DNA of 40,409 nt from Pseudomonadota bacterium. GTDB taxonomy: Bacteria; Pseudomonadota; Gammaproteobacteria; Burkholderiales; Burkholderiaceae_C. The notes under the pieces were generated by a model. It saw nothing but the letters and a program-made list of their open reading frames with translations, had not been told where the DNA came from and did not search any database. Where the stretch lies: positions 1 to 40,409 of the forward strand of contig JAEWVY010000021.1 of the NCBI GenBank assembly GCA_023396625.1, in the 5' to 3' direction. Below, piece by piece: positions 20,847 through 31,750 of the stretch. Made by a program: the position numbers and the translations under genes. Each line of letters starts with the position of its first letter. Position 1 is the first letter of the stretch.

Positions 20847-21345
20847 CGCCTTGGCCTTGCTCCTGGCGTTGGCCTGCGGCGGCCCGGCCGCCGCTGCGGA
20901 TGACGACGAAGACCCAGGTGCGGCCCGCACCACGGCCCAGCCGGTTTCACCGCCGGCTTTTGACCGGACGCGACTGATCGAGGTGCTGCAGCCGGCGGGC
21001 TCCACATTGAGCCATGGCGTGGACCCAGGCACGCTGACCGTCGGCCCCGATGGGGAAGTCCGCTTCGTGCTGGTCGCGTGGCGGCCCGGTGGGGCCAGCA
21101 ATGTGCTGTATGAGGGCATTCGTTGCGCCAGTGGCGAGTACCGCGTCCACGCCCGTCACAGCGAAGAGCGGGGTTGGACACTTGCCCCTGCCGACTCGCC
21201 CTGGCGGGCGCTGACCAGTGGCGGGGGCGCACGCGTCGCATGGATCATCGCACGCATGGGCGCTTGCGAAGGCCACGTCCCCGGCGGCTCCGCCGAAGAC
21301 ATCGCGCGACGGCTGCGCACGGGAAAACTCCCAGGCTACGAATAG
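20833..21345 (+). CDS. CNP1-like family periplasmic protein (function unknown)
   Basis: 170 aa with a signal peptide ([22 protein letters not shown]). From memory, a CNP1-like gene occupies the rppH-proB interval in other Burkholderiales. It overlaps the rppH 3' end by 14 nt. Confidence 0.6.
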   Translation: MRRASALALLLALACGGPAAAADDDEDPGAARTTAQPVSPPAFDRTRLIEVLQPAGSTLSHGVDPGTLTVGPDGEVRFVLVAWRPGGASNVLYEGIRCASGEYRVHARHSEERGWTLAPADSPWRALTSGGGARVAWIIARMGACEGHVPGGSAEDIARRLRTGKLPGYE

Positions 21346-21361
21346 ATGAATCGACAGGGCG

Positions 21362-21391
21362 CCTGCCGCGGCGGCTTTTCGCCACGGCAGG
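21362..21391. terminator. Strong stem-loop between the convergent CNP1-like gene and proB
   Basis: CCTGCCGCGGCG-gctttt-CGCCACGGCAGG: 11 of 12 positions pair. No clear U-tract on either strand. Confidence 0.4.
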
Positions 21392-21401
21392 TCCGGCAGG
21401 G

Positions 21402-22538
21402 TCAGCGCGTCAGCACGAGGTTGTCGCGGTGCACCATTTCGGGCTCCGCGGCGTAACCCAGCAAGGCCTCGAACTCACCCGACGGCTTGCGGCACAGCAG
21501 CCTGGCCTCGGCACTCGAATAGTTGGCCAGACCTCGGGCAATCTCCCGGCCGGCCGGGTCACGCACGGCGATCACCTCTCCGCGGGAAAACTCGCCTTCG
21601 ACGCCGGTCATGCCGATAGGCAGCAGGCTCTTGCCCTCCTCGAGCACCTTCAGGACCGCCCCCTGATCGACAGTGACCGCCCCTCGCAGCTGGAGATGAT
21701 CGGCCATCCACTGCTTGCGCGCCTGCTGTTTGGCTGTCTGCGCCACCAGCAAGGTGCCGATGGACTCGCCGTCGGTCAGGCGGATCAGCACATCGGGCTC
21801 GCGCCCCCAGGCGATCGCCGTCGAGGCCCCCGAACCCGCGGCGCGCCGGGCGGCGAGGATTTTGGTCAGCATTCCACCGCGGCCCAGACTGGACCCGGCC
21901 CCTCCCGCCATGGCTTCCAGCGCGGGATCCCCAGCCCGGCCTTCGCTGACGAAGCGGGCTGAAGGGTCCTTGCGTGGATCGGCGGTGTACAGCCCGCGCT
22001 GGTCCGTCAGGATCACCAGCGCATCGGCCTCGACCAGATTCGCCACCAACGCCCCAAGGGTGTCGTTGTCCCCAAACTTGATTTCGTCGTTGACCACCGT
22101 GTCGTTCTCGTTGATCACCGGCAGCACGCGCAGCTTCAGCAAGGTCAACAGGGTGGAGCGGGCATTGAGGTAACGCTCCCGGTCGGCCAGGTCGGCGTGG
22201 GTGAGCAGCACCTGGGCACTGCCCAGGCCGTTTTCGCGCAGCTTGGTCTCGTACATCTGCGCCAGACCCATCTGACCAACGGCCGCCGCTGCCTGCAGTT
22301 CGTGAATTTCACGGGGTCGGGTCGTCCAGCCCAGCCGTTTCATGCCTTCGGCGATGGACCCGCTCGACACCATGATCACCTCGCGTCCCTGGCGCGCCAA
22401 CGCAGCCAACTGGCGACACCATTCGCCAATGGCGGCTTCGTCCAGTCCACGGCCTTCATTCGTGACCAGGCTGGACCCCACCTTGACCACGAGCCGCTGC
22501 GCGTCGCGCAGCACGGGGGAAGAGAATTTTTGATTCAT
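21402..22538 (-). CDS. proB: Glutamate 5-kinase
   Basis: 378 aa. N-terminal [12 protein letters not shown] kinase motif and a C-terminal PUA-like region. Confidence 0.93.
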   Translation of the reverse strand: MNQKFSSPVLRDAQRLVVKVGSSLVTNEGRGLDEAAIGEWCRQLAALARQGREVIMVSSGSIAEGMKRLGWTTRPREIHELQAAAAVGQMGLAQMYETKLRENGLGSAQVLLTHADLADRERYLNARSTLLTLLKLRVLPVINENDTVVNDEIKFGDNDTLGALVANLVEADALVILTDQRGLYTADPRKDPSARFVSEGRAGDPALEAMAGGAGSSLGRGGMLTKILAARRAAGSGASTAIAWGREPDVLIRLTDGESIGTLLVAQTAKQQARKQWMADHLQLRGAVTVDQGAVLKVLEEGKSLLPIGMTGVEGEFSRGEVIAVRDPAGREIARGLANYSSAEARLLCRKPSGEFEALLGYAAEPEMVHRDNLVLTR

Positions 22539-22550
22539 TTCAGCCTTATT

Positions 22551-22590
22551 CCAGCGTCGAATGGTGCTTCTTAGCTACTAATTATATAGC
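22551..22590 (+). repeat. Intergenic motif, copy 4
   Basis: CCAGCGTCGAATGGTGCTTCTTAGCTACTAATTATATAGC. It has the same 40-nt length and anchor spacing as copy 1, with 25/40 identical by my count. It lies in the obgE-proB spacer. Confidence 0.6.
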
Positions 22591-22666
22591 ATTCGATTCA
22601 TCTTCCGTGTCGACATGGCCCCCCCCCAGGCGCACCTCGGGACCGGCCGGCATTGGGCGCACCCTC

Positions 22667-23749
<1,083 letters not shown>

Positions 23750-23782
23750 TCACGCGCAGATAGCGGATTTCAGAAACACAGA

Positions 23783-23802
23783 AGCCCCGACCAAGCGGGG
23801 CT
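23783..23802 (-). terminator. Terminator/attenuator hairpin downstream of rpmA
   Basis: The minus-strand RNA reads AGCCCCG-cuuggu-CGGGGCU followed by UCUGUGUUUCUG. It lies between rpmA and obgE. Confidence 0.5.
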
Positions 23803-23827
23803 CCGGAACAGGGGACGCGCGGGAATC

Positions 23828-24085
23828 CTACGCCGGCGTCACGCTCACGGTGTGCCTGTTCAGCGCCCCTTTGACCGCAAATGACACACGGCCGTCGACG
23901 AGCGAGTACAGCGTGTGGTCCTTGCCCAGCCCCACGTTGGTGCCGGGATGGAATTTCGTGCCGCGTTGCCGCACGATGATCGAGCCGGCGCTGATGAGTT
24001 CACCACCGTACGCCTTCACGCCAAGCATCTTCGGCTTGGAATCGCGCCCGTTTCGCGTTGAGCCGCCGCCTTTTTTCTGTGCCAT
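23828..24085 (-). CDS. rpmA: 50S ribosomal protein L27
   Basis: 85 aa: [24 protein letters not shown]... Confidence 0.97.
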   Translation of the reverse strand: MAQKKGGGSTRNGRDSKPKMLGVKAYGGELISAGSIIVRQRGTKFHPGTNVGLGKDHTLYSLVDGRVSFAVKGALNRHTVSVTPA

Positions 24086-24097
24086 GATCCGTGCTCC

Positions 24098-24409
24098 TTA
24101 AGCGCTGATAGCGCCGATTTGCAGTTCCGTGAACTGCTGGCGGTGCCCTTGACGCTTCTGATAGTGCTTGCGACGGCGCATCTTGAAGATGCGCACCTTG
24201 TCGTGCTTGCCGTGCGCCACGACCGTGGCTTTTACAGATGCGCCGGAAACCAGGGGCGTGCCCACCTTCAGTTCCGCGCCGTTTCCGACGGCCAGAACCT
24301 GGTCGATCACGATCTCCTGGCCTACGTCCGCAGCAATCTGTTCTACTTTGATTTTCTCGCCAGCAGCAACACGATATTGTTTGCCGCCGGTTTTTATGAC
24401 CGCGTACAT
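24098..24409 (-). CDS. rplU: 50S ribosomal protein L21
   Basis: The start is trimmed to [14 protein letters not shown] (103 aa). The ATG is the complement of 24407-24409. Confidence 0.96.
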   Translation of the reverse strand: MYAVIKTGGKQYRVAAGEKIKVEQIAADVGQEIVIDQVLAVGNGAELKVGTPLVSGASVKATVVAHGKHDKVRIFKMRRRKHYQKRQGHRQQFTELQIGAISA

Positions 24410-24567
24410 GTAAACCTCTTCCATGAGATCTGCGAACGGATTTTCGCAGAGCCCAAAATTATAACACTGCCTGCCTCTGGCAGCCCATTGAAACCACCTT
24501 TCACCCCACGGATCAGGGCCCGCACTCCCTATAATCATTTGGATTATCCTCCCCCGCGCCCACCGCC

Positions 24568-25551
24568 TTGACCGCTTCCAGTTCATCCACCACGCGCATT
24601 GTTTCACTCGTCAGCCACGACATGGCGGAAGTGGACCGGGTCATCGCTCAGCGTCTCGACTCGGGTGTTCCTCTGGTGGGGGAAGTCGCCCGGTACATCA
24701 TCTCGGCGGGAGGCAAGCGCCTGCGGCCCGTGCTGCTGCTGCTGACCTGTGGCGCGCTGGGCTACACCGGATCCCAGCGGTTCACGATGGCCGCCGTGGT
24801 GGAGTTCATCCACACGGCGACCTTGCTGCATGACGACGTGGTCGACGAGTCCACCCTGCGCCGGGGACGCGCCACGGCCAATCAAGCTTTCGGCAACCCA
24901 GCCAGCGTGCTGGTCGGCGACTTCCTGTACTCGCGCGCCTTCCAGATGATGGTCGAAGGCAACGACATGCGCATCATGCGGATCCTCGCCGACGCCACCA
25001 ACATCATCGCGGAAGGCGAGGTGCTGCAATTGATGAACATGCATGACGCGTCACTGGACGAGCAGGCCTACCTGCGGGTGATCCGCTCGAAAACAGCCAA
25101 ACTGTTCGAGGCCAGCGCCAGACTGGGCGCCGTGCTCGCCAACAGCCCACCGCAAATTGAGCAGGCCTGCGCCGACTACGGCCAGGCACTGGGTACGGCC
25201 TTTCAGGTCATCGACGACGTGCTGGATTACAACGGAGACGCGGCGGAGATGGGCAAGAACCTTGGCGATGATCTTCGTGAAGGCAAGGCCACGCTGCCAC
25301 TCATCATGGCGATGCAGTTGGGATCAGCCAGCCAGCGCGACACCGTCCGTCAGGCCATTGAAACCGGCGGTATCGCGGATCTCGCGGAAATCGTGGCCAT
25401 CGTCAGGCAGACCGGCGCCCTCGAGGCGACCACCCAGGCCGCCCACGCCGAGGCCCAGCGCGCCATCGATGCGGCGCGACATCTGCCGGCAAATGTGTTC
25501 ACCGATGGTTTGCTACAATTGGCGACTCAGCTTCTGGACCGTCGGCACTGA
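24568..25551 (+). CDS. ispB: Octaprenyl diphosphate synthase (trans-polyprenyl diphosphate synthase)
   Basis: Two Asp-rich motifs, [10 protein letters not shown] and QVIDDVLDY. It is divergent from rplU, as in E. coli. The start is either the TTG at 24568 or the ATG at 24622. Confidence 0.9.
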   Translation: MTASSSSTTRIVSLVSHDMAEVDRVIAQRLDSGVPLVGEVARYIISAGGKRLRPVLLLLTCGALGYTGSQRFTMAAVVEFIHTATLLHDDVVDESTLRRGRATANQAFGNPASVLVGDFLYSRAFQMMVEGNDMRIMRILADATNIIAEGEVLQLMNMHDASLDEQAYLRVIRSKTAKLFEASARLGAVLANSPPQIEQACADYGQALGTAFQVIDDVLDYNGDAAEMGKNLGDDLREGKATLPLIMAMQLGSASQRDTVRQAIETGGIADLAEIVAIVRQTGALEATTQAAHAEAQRAIDAARHLPANVFTDGLLQLATQLLDRRH

Positions 25552-25575
25552 ACTTGCCCGATCGGCTCCAGCCCA

Positions 25576-25652
25576 CGGGGTGTAGCTTAGCCTGGTAGAG
25601 CGCTACGTTCGGGACGTAGAGGCCGGAGGTTCGAATCCTCTCACCCCGACCA
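25576..25652 (+). tRNA. tRNA-Pro (anticodon CGG)
   Basis: Hand-folded 77-nt cloverleaf. Acceptor CGGGGTG/CACCCCG, D-stem GCTT/GAGC, anticodon stem CTACG/CGTAG with loop TTCGGGA, T-arm GGAGG-TTCGAAT-CCTCT, encoded CCA. Confidence 0.9.
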
Positions 25653-25773
25653 GATTTCCACTGTGTCCTCCCGCACCACAGCCGTGCATTTGTTCTCACG
25701 TTTGTGGTTTACACACGCGGGCCAATCGGCGAAGATCGCTCGGTGACCTTCGTTCAAGCACGTATCCCTTCCC

Positions 25774-27507
25774 ATGGCTGTCGCTGACCCTCAGTCCCAG
25801 CAAGCCGCCGTTGCCCTGCCAGGCTTGGCACGCGCCCTTGTCGCCGCCGGGAAACTCGGCCAGAAGCTGGCGGAAGACCTCTACCGCAAATCGCAGGCAG
25901 GACGCACCAACTTCATCGCAGAGCTGACGGGTTCGGGCGCGGTGTCGGCGGCGGATCTCGCGCACACGATGTCGTCGGCCTTCGGCGCCCCGCTGCTGGA
26001 TCTCGATGCCATCGACGCGCAACGCCTGCCCAAGGGCCTGCTAGACCCGAAGATCTGTCTCGAATTCAAGGTCGTGGTACTGAGCAAGCGTGCCAACCGC
26101 CTGATCGTCGCCACGGCGGATCCGTCGGACCCTGCGTCCGCGGAGCAGATCAAGTTCGCCACCCAAATGGGGGTGGACTGGGTGATCGTGGAATTCGACA
26201 AATTGTCCAGGTTGGTGGAAAAGCACCTGGTTTCGGCGTCCGAAGCCATGGACAGCATCATCGGGCAGGATTTCGAATTCGATGCCTCGTCGATGGAAGA
26301 AGTCACCACCGAGACGGCCGACACGGCCTCGTCCGAGGTGGACGACGCGCCGGTTGTCAAGTTCCTGCACAAAATGCTGCTCGATGCCTTCAACATGCGG
26401 GCATCCGACTTGCATTTCGAGCCTTACGAATTCAATTACCGCGTCCGTTTCCGCATCGACGGCGAACTGCGGGAAATCACGTCTCCTCCGATCGCCATCA
26501 AGGAAAAACTCGCCTCCCGAATCAAGGTGATCTCGCGGATGGACATCGCCGAAAAACGGGTCCCACAGGATGGCCGGATGAAATTGAAAGTCGGTCCGGA
26601 CCGGGTCATCGATTTCCGCGTCAGCACCTTGCCCACGTTGTTCGGCGAGAAGATCGTGATCCGTATTCTCGACCCGAGCAGCGCCAAGCTCGGCATCGAC
26701 GCGCTGGGTTACGAACCCGAGGAAAAGGCCCGGCTGCTGAAGGCCATCGAGCGCCCGCACGGCATGATCCTGGTGACCGGTCCGACGGGTTCCGGCAAAA
26801 CGGTTTCGCTTTACACCTGCCTGAACCTGCTCAACAAGCCTGGCGTCAACATTGCCACGGTGGAAGACCCCTCGGAAATCAACTTGCCAGGCGTCAACCA
26901 GGTCAACGTCAACGACAAGGCGGGACTGACTTTCGCAACCGCTCTGAAAGCCTTTCTTCGCCAGGATCCCGACATCATCATGGTCGGTGAAATACGTGAT
27001 CTCGAAACCGCCGACATTGCGATCAAGGCCGCACAAACCGGCCATCTGGTGTTGTCGACGCTACATACAAACGATGCACCGGCCACGTTGACCCGGATGC
27101 GGAACATGGGCATCGCCGCCTTCAACGTCGCCTCCAGCGTGATTCTCATCACCGCGCAGCGCCTGGCGCGACGACTGTGCGTGCACTGCAAAACGCCCGC
27201 CGACTATCCTCGTGAAGCGATGCTCGAGGCAGGTTTCGACGAGGAGGAACTCGACGGCACCTGGATGCCCTATCGGCCAGTGGGTTGCCCGATGTGCAAC
27301 GATGGGTACAAGGGGCGTGTCGGGATCTATCAGGTCATGCCTGTCAGCGAGGAGATCCAACGGATCATCTTGCGGGACGGCAGTTCGCTGGAGATCTCCG
27401 AACAGGCCGAACGTGAAGGCGTGCGCTCACTGCGTCGCTCCGGCCTGCACAAAGTCAAACAGGGCATGACGTCGCTGGAAGAAGTGCTCGCGGTGACCAA
27501 CGAATAA
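25774..27507 (+). CDS. pilB: Type IV pilus assembly ATPase
   Basis: 577 aa. N-terminal T2SSE_N-type domain, Walker A GPTGSGKT, and a tetracysteine motif (CVHC...CPMC). Confidence 0.93.
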   Translation: MAVADPQSQQAAVALPGLARALVAAGKLGQKLAEDLYRKSQAGRTNFIAELTGSGAVSAADLAHTMSSAFGAPLLDLDAIDAQRLPKGLLDPKICLEFKVVVLSKRANRLIVATADPSDPASAEQIKFATQMGVDWVIVEFDKLSRLVEKHLVSASEAMDSIIGQDFEFDASSMEEVTTETADTASSEVDDAPVVKFLHKMLLDAFNMRASDLHFEPYEFNYRVRFRIDGELREITSPPIAIKEKLASRIKVISRMDIAEKRVPQDGRMKLKVGPDRVIDFRVSTLPTLFGEKIVIRILDPSSAKLGIDALGYEPEEKARLLKAIERPHGMILVTGPTGSGKTVSLYTCLNLLNKPGVNIATVEDPSEINLPGVNQVNVNDKAGLTFATALKAFLRQDPDIIMVGEIRDLETADIAIKAAQTGHLVLSTLHTNDAPATLTRMRNMGIAAFNVASSVILITAQRLARRLCVHCKTPADYPREAMLEAGFDEEELDGTWMPYRPVGCPMCNDGYKGRVGIYQVMPVSEEIQRIILRDGSSLEISEQAEREGVRSLRRSGLHKVKQGMTSLEEVLAVTNE

Positions 27508-27524
27508 AGATCAGGAAGGGCGAG

Positions 27525-28742
27525 ATGGCAACGGCAACACCCAGAGACGTCAGGGAATATGTTTTTGAATGGGAGGGAAAAGACCGCAACGGCAAGCAGG
27601 TTCGCGGCGAGACGCGCGCTTCCGGGGAAAACCAGGTCCAGGCCACCCTGCGGCGCCAGGGCGTTCTTCCGGTCAAGATCAAAAAACGCCGGATGCGTTC
27701 GGGCCGGAAAATCAAACCCAGGGATCTCGCCATCTTCACACGCCAGCTGGCGACCATGATGAAGGCGGGCGTGCCACTGCTCCAGTCATTCGACATCGTG
27801 GGTCGCGGCAACCCCAATCCCAGCGTCACCAAACTGCTCAATGACATCCGGACCGACGTGGAAACCGGCACGTCCCTGAGCGCAGCCTTTCGCAAGTATC
27901 CGATTTATTTCGACAACCTGTACTGCAACCTCGTGGAAGCCGGTGAGGCGGCGGGTATTCTTGAGCAGTTGCTGGACCGCCTGGCCACGTACATGGAAAA
28001 GACGGAGGCGATCAAGTCCAAGATCAAGTCGGCGCTCATGTACCCGATTTCCGTGATCGTCGTCGCATTCGTCGTCGTCACCGTGATCATGCTCTTCGTG
28101 ATCCCGGCGTTCAAGCAGGTGTTCACCTCGTTTGGCGCCGACCTGCCCGCACCGACGCTGCTCGTCATTGCCATGAGCGAATTTTTCGTCGCCTATTGGT
28201 GGCTCATTTTTGGCGTCATTGGCGGCGGCATCTACTTCTTCATGCAATCTTGGAAACGCAGCGAAAAAGTCCAGATGTTCATGGACCGGCTACTGCTGAA
28301 GATCCCAATTTTTGGTCCTCTGGTCGAAAAATCGGTCATTGCGCGATGGACGCGGACGCTCTCCACCATGTTTGCGGCGGGTGTCCCCCTCGTGGAGGCA
28401 CTGGACTCGGTGGGTGGCGCCTCCGGCAACTCCGTTTACGCGCAGGCCACGGAAAAAATCCAACAGGAAGTCTCCACCGGAACCAGCCTTACCGCGGCCA
28501 TGGGCAATGCCCACCTGTTTCCCAGCATGGTGCTGCAAATGTCCGCCATCGGCGAGGAGTCAGGGGCGCTCGATCACATGCTGAGCAAAGCGGCGGATTT
28601 CTATGAGGCTGAAGTCGACGAAATGGTCGCGGGACTGTCGAGCTTGATGGAACCGATCATCATCGTGTTTCTGGGCGTCATCATCGGCGGCATCGTCGTG
28701 TCGATGTATCTGCCCATCTTCAAGCTCGGGCAGGTGGTCTGA
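27525..28742 (+). CDS. pilC: Type IV pilus platform (inner membrane) protein
   Basis: 405 aa with duplicated GspF/PilC-type domains. It directly follows pilB. Confidence 0.92.
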   Translation: MATATPRDVREYVFEWEGKDRNGKQVRGETRASGENQVQATLRRQGVLPVKIKKRRMRSGRKIKPRDLAIFTRQLATMMKAGVPLLQSFDIVGRGNPNPSVTKLLNDIRTDVETGTSLSAAFRKYPIYFDNLYCNLVEAGEAAGILEQLLDRLATYMEKTEAIKSKIKSALMYPISVIVVAFVVVTVIMLFVIPAFKQVFTSFGADLPAPTLLVIAMSEFFVAYWWLIFGVIGGGIYFFMQSWKRSEKVQMFMDRLLLKIPIFGPLVEKSVIARWTRTLSTMFAAGVPLVEALDSVGGASGNSVYAQATEKIQQEVSTGTSLTAAMGNAHLFPSMVLQMSAIGEESGALDHMLSKAADFYEAEVDEMVAGLSSLMEPIIIVFLGVIIGGIVVSMYLPIFKLGQVV

Positions 28743-29584
28743 TGCCCGATCCTGGTGTGGTTGTCGCCATCTTCGGCGGCCTGCTTGGATTGCTGGTGGG
28801 CAGTTTCCTGAACGTGGTCATTCTTCGCCTCCCCGTGATGCTGGAGCGCCAGTGGGCGGCGGAATGCGCCGAACTGGCGGGCAAAGAGCCCGCGCATCAG
28901 GCTCCCTTTAACCTGCTCGTCCCGCGTTCCCGCTGTCCGAAGTGCGGCCACACGATCAGGTGGTTCGAAAACATCCCCATACTGAGCTACTTTGCGCTTC
29001 GTGGCAAATGTGCGTCCTGCGGCACTTCAATCGGGCTGCGCTACCCTCTGGTCGAACTGGCCACGGGAGCCTTGTTTTTCTGGTGTTTTTCGCGCTGGGG
29101 TGCGTCAATGACCGCGGTGGCTTGGTGCGGTTTTTCAGCCTTGGTGCTGTCATTGGCGCTCATCGACTGGGACACCACCCTGCTGCCCGACAGCATGACG
29201 TTGCCCTTGCTGTGGGCGGGCGTGCTGGCCGCCTCGCTGCACTGGACTCCGGTTACCCTGACAGAAGCCGTTTGGGGTGCCGCGGCAGGCTATCTGTCGC
29301 TCTGGCTCATCTATTGGGCCTTCAAGCTCGCCACTGGGAAGGAAGGAATGGGTTTCGGGGATTTCAAGCTGTTCGCTGCCTTGGGTGCCTGGTTCGGATG
29401 GCCTGCACTGGTCCCCATCATTCTCATGGCTTCCGTTATCGGTGCCACTGTGGGCATCGTCATGAAGTTGTCAAGCGGGCTGCGCGAAGGTCGGTACATC
29501 CCTTTTGGGCCGTTTCTTGCCGGCGCAGGTCTCACGGCCATGGTGTTTGGCCCGCAATCCATTCTCCGGGCAGCAGGTCTCTAA
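28742..29584 (+). CDS. pilD: Prepilin leader peptidase / N-methyltransferase (A24 family)
   Basis: 280 aa. Cysteine motifs CPKCGH and CASCG, plus GMGFGDFKL (catalytic Asp region). Its ATG overlaps the pilC stop (TGATG). Confidence 0.92.
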   Translation: MPDPGVVVAIFGGLLGLLVGSFLNVVILRLPVMLERQWAAECAELAGKEPAHQAPFNLLVPRSRCPKCGHTIRWFENIPILSYFALRGKCASCGTSIGLRYPLVELATGALFFWCFSRWGASMTAVAWCGFSALVLSLALIDWDTTLLPDSMTLPLLWAGVLAASLHWTPVTLTEAVWGAAAGYLSLWLIYWAFKLATGKEGMGFGDFKLFAALGAWFGWPALVPIILMASVIGATVGIVMKLSSGLREGRYIPFGPFLAGAGLTAMVFGPQSILRAAGL

Positions 29585-29591
29585 TATCGCC

Positions 29592-30200
29592 ATGGCAGAC
29601 CCACGGCGCATTGGGGTGACCGGTGGCATCGGAAGTGGAAAAACCACGGTGTCGCGGCAACTGGCGCTGCTTGGCGCGACCGTCATCGACGCGGATGAAA
29701 TTTCGCGGGCCCTGACCGGCCCCGGGGGCGAAGCTCTCCCGGCCATCGCCGACCGTTTCGGCCCCGCCTACATCACGCCTGACGGCGCCCTCGACAGAGC
29801 GCGCATGCGCCAGCTTGCATTCAGGGAGCCGGATGCAAAAACAGCGCTTGAAACCATCGTTCATCCCCTGGTTCGCGAACGCACGGACCAACTGGCCCAC
29901 GCCGCCATCGCATCCGGCGCGCCCTGCATCGTTTACGACATTCCCCTGCTCGTCGAATCCGGACTGTGGCGACAGTCTCTGCACCGCATCTGGGTGGTCG
30001 ACTGCACACCCGACACACAAATTGCACGTGTCACCGCCCGCAACGGGCTTGATCCTGCCGATGTGCAGCGGATCATTGCCGCCCAGGCACCGCGCGAGCA
30101 GCGACTGGCGATTGCCGACGCCGTGGTCTACAACGAAACGCTGTCCCTCGACGACTTGAAAAGAGAAGTCACGTTGCTCGGAAAGTTGATCGGGCTATGA
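29592..30200 (+). CDS. coaE: Dephospho-CoA kinase
   Basis: The start is trimmed to MADPRRIGVTGGIGSGKTT (P-loop). Confidence 0.92.
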   Translation: MADPRRIGVTGGIGSGKTTVSRQLALLGATVIDADEISRALTGPGGEALPAIADRFGPAYITPDGALDRARMRQLAFREPDAKTALETIVHPLVRERTDQLAHAAIASGAPCIVYDIPLLVESGLWRQSLHRIWVVDCTPDTQIARVTARNGLDPADVQRIIAAQAPREQRLAIADAVVYNETLSLDDLKREVTLLGKLIGL

Positions 30201-30222
30201 TGGGGGACTTGGAAGAAGCAGC

Positions 30223-30978
30223 GTGATCCTCTACGAATATCCCTTCAACGAGCGCATACGGACCTACCTGCGGCTCGAACATCTTTTTCATCGTCTCGGT
30301 CAACTGATTCCGAGAGAGACCGCGCTGGATCATCACTATGCCCTAATGACCATTTTCGAGGTCATGGATGTCGCGACAAGGGCTGATCTCAAATCCGACG
30401 TCCTCAAAGACTTGGACAAGCAAAAACAATTGCTCAACGGCTATCGAGGCAATCCGGCGATTTCCGAAACCGTCCTGGATGAGGTGGTGGGGCGGTTGGA
30501 CCACTGCTTCAGCGCGTTGAACAACCTGCCTGGGAAGGCTGGCCAGTCGTTGACGGAAAACGACTGGCTGATGAGCGTGCGCAGCCGGGCCGCCATCCCG
30601 GGAGGCACCTGCGAATTCGACCTGCCCGCGTATTTCGCATGGCAACACAAAACCGTCGACGAACGACACGCCAATCTTGCCACCTGGGCATCGACTTTGC
30701 GGCCCCTCGCCGAGTCGGTGCACATGCTGCTGAAAATGCTGCGTGATTCAGGGACTCCGCAAAAGGTGATGGCCACCGGCGGGCAATTCCAGCAACCCCT
30801 TCCGCAAGGGCGCACCTATCAGTTGCTCCGGTTGCGGATCGACCCTGCACTGGATCTGATCCCGGAGATCAGCGGCAACCGGCTTCTCGTATCGGTCCGT
30901 CTGATGCGAATGGCGGACGACAACCGCCTTCATCTCTGCGCCGAGGAGGCGCCTTTCGAACTCACTTTGTGTGCCTGA
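30223..30978 (+). CDS. zapD: Cell division protein ZapD
   Basis: 251 aa from a GTG start: MILYEYPFNERIRTYLRLEHLF. Conserved coaE-zapD-yacG order. Confidence 0.9.
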   Translation: MILYEYPFNERIRTYLRLEHLFHRLGQLIPRETALDHHYALMTIFEVMDVATRADLKSDVLKDLDKQKQLLNGYRGNPAISETVLDEVVGRLDHCFSALNNLPGKAGQSLTENDWLMSVRSRAAIPGGTCEFDLPAYFAWQHKTVDERHANLATWASTLRPLAESVHMLLKMLRDSGTPQKVMATGGQFQQPLPQGRTYQLLRLRIDPALDLIPEISGNRLLVSVRLMRMADDNRLHLCAEEAPFELTLCA

Positions 30979-30996
30979 CGGCAGAATGACCATGTC

Positions 30997-31209
30997 ATGA
31001 GACCCTCGTCAGATGAAACCTCCAGACGTCAGGTGCGCTGCCCCGCCTGCGGAGGAGACAGCCTCTTTGCCCCGGAAAATCGCTTTCGCCCATTCTGCTG
31101 TCAACGTTGCAGACAACTCGATCTGGGAGCCTGGGCCACCGAGAGCTTTAGGGTCGCGGCCCCGACAGACGAGGAAACGGCCGCCACCCCGGCCAGCGAC
31201 ACACATTAG
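30997..31209 (+). CDS. yacG: DNA gyrase inhibitor YacG (zinc finger)
   Basis: 70 aa with four Cys: CPACGG...[14 protein letters not shown]. Confidence 0.88.
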   Translation: MRPSSDETSRRQVRCPACGGDSLFAPENRFRPFCCQRCRQLDLGAWATESFRVAAPTDEETAATPASDTH

Positions 31210-31271
31210 CAGCGCCACGAACCTTGGGGGCTTCCCCAGGGCAATCCTTTGCCATTCATTGTTTTTGCCGC

Positions 31272-31745
31272 TCAATATGTAGCGCCCGGCGTCCCCCGCT
31301 CAAGCGAGAGCCACTCCAGCACGGGCACCGCTCCGGGAAGCACCGGCGTCACACATACTGGCAACTGCTGCCAGGAAAAATCCTGGCCCTCACGCATCTG
31401 CAGAACACCGTGCCACTCGAACACCTTGCAGAAGTTCAACCGAACGAGTGCATGCGGGTAATCCACCAACTGGGTTTTCCACAGGAGAGGTTCGCCGATG
31501 TCAATGCCCAGTTCCTCGTGCAGTTCGCGGCGCAGCGCTTGCACCACATCCTCCCCGGCTTCCAGCTTGCCACCCGGGAATTCCCAGTACCCCGCGTACA
31601 CCTTGCCTTGCGGCCTCGAGGTCAGCAGAAAGTACCCATCCGGCCGAATCAAGACGCCCACGGCCACATCCACCACCGGCCGTTCTGAACCGCCCACTCT
31701 TTCGACATGGGCATCCGCCACCAACGGCACGACACGCTCGCCCAT
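31272..31745 (-). CDS. mutT: Nudix hydrolase, MutT-type (8-oxo-dGTP diphosphatase-like)
   Basis: The start is trimmed to the ATG at 31745, 6 nt after the upstream stop. Nudix box GGKLEAGEDVVQALRRELHEELGI. It sits at the mutT position next to yacG, as in E. coli. Confidence 0.8.
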   Translation of the reverse strand: MGERVVPLVADAHVERVGGSERPVVDVAVGVLIRPDGYFLLTSRPQGKVYAGYWEFPGGKLEAGEDVVQALRRELHEELGIDIGEPLLWKTQLVDYPHALVRLNFCKVFEWHGVLQMREGQDFSWQQLPVCVTPVLPGAVPVLEWLSLERGTPGATY

Positions 31746-31750
31746 GGAGT

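Noticed and set aside
25653-25773. Possible genomic-island integration next to tRNA-Pro (and likewise next to tRNA-Thr at 38181..38345).
   Set aside because: Both tRNAs are flanked immediately by conserved housekeeping genes (ispB/pilB; dciA-like/sspB). There is no integrase, and I noticed no direct repeat of a tRNA 3' end anywhere in the window.
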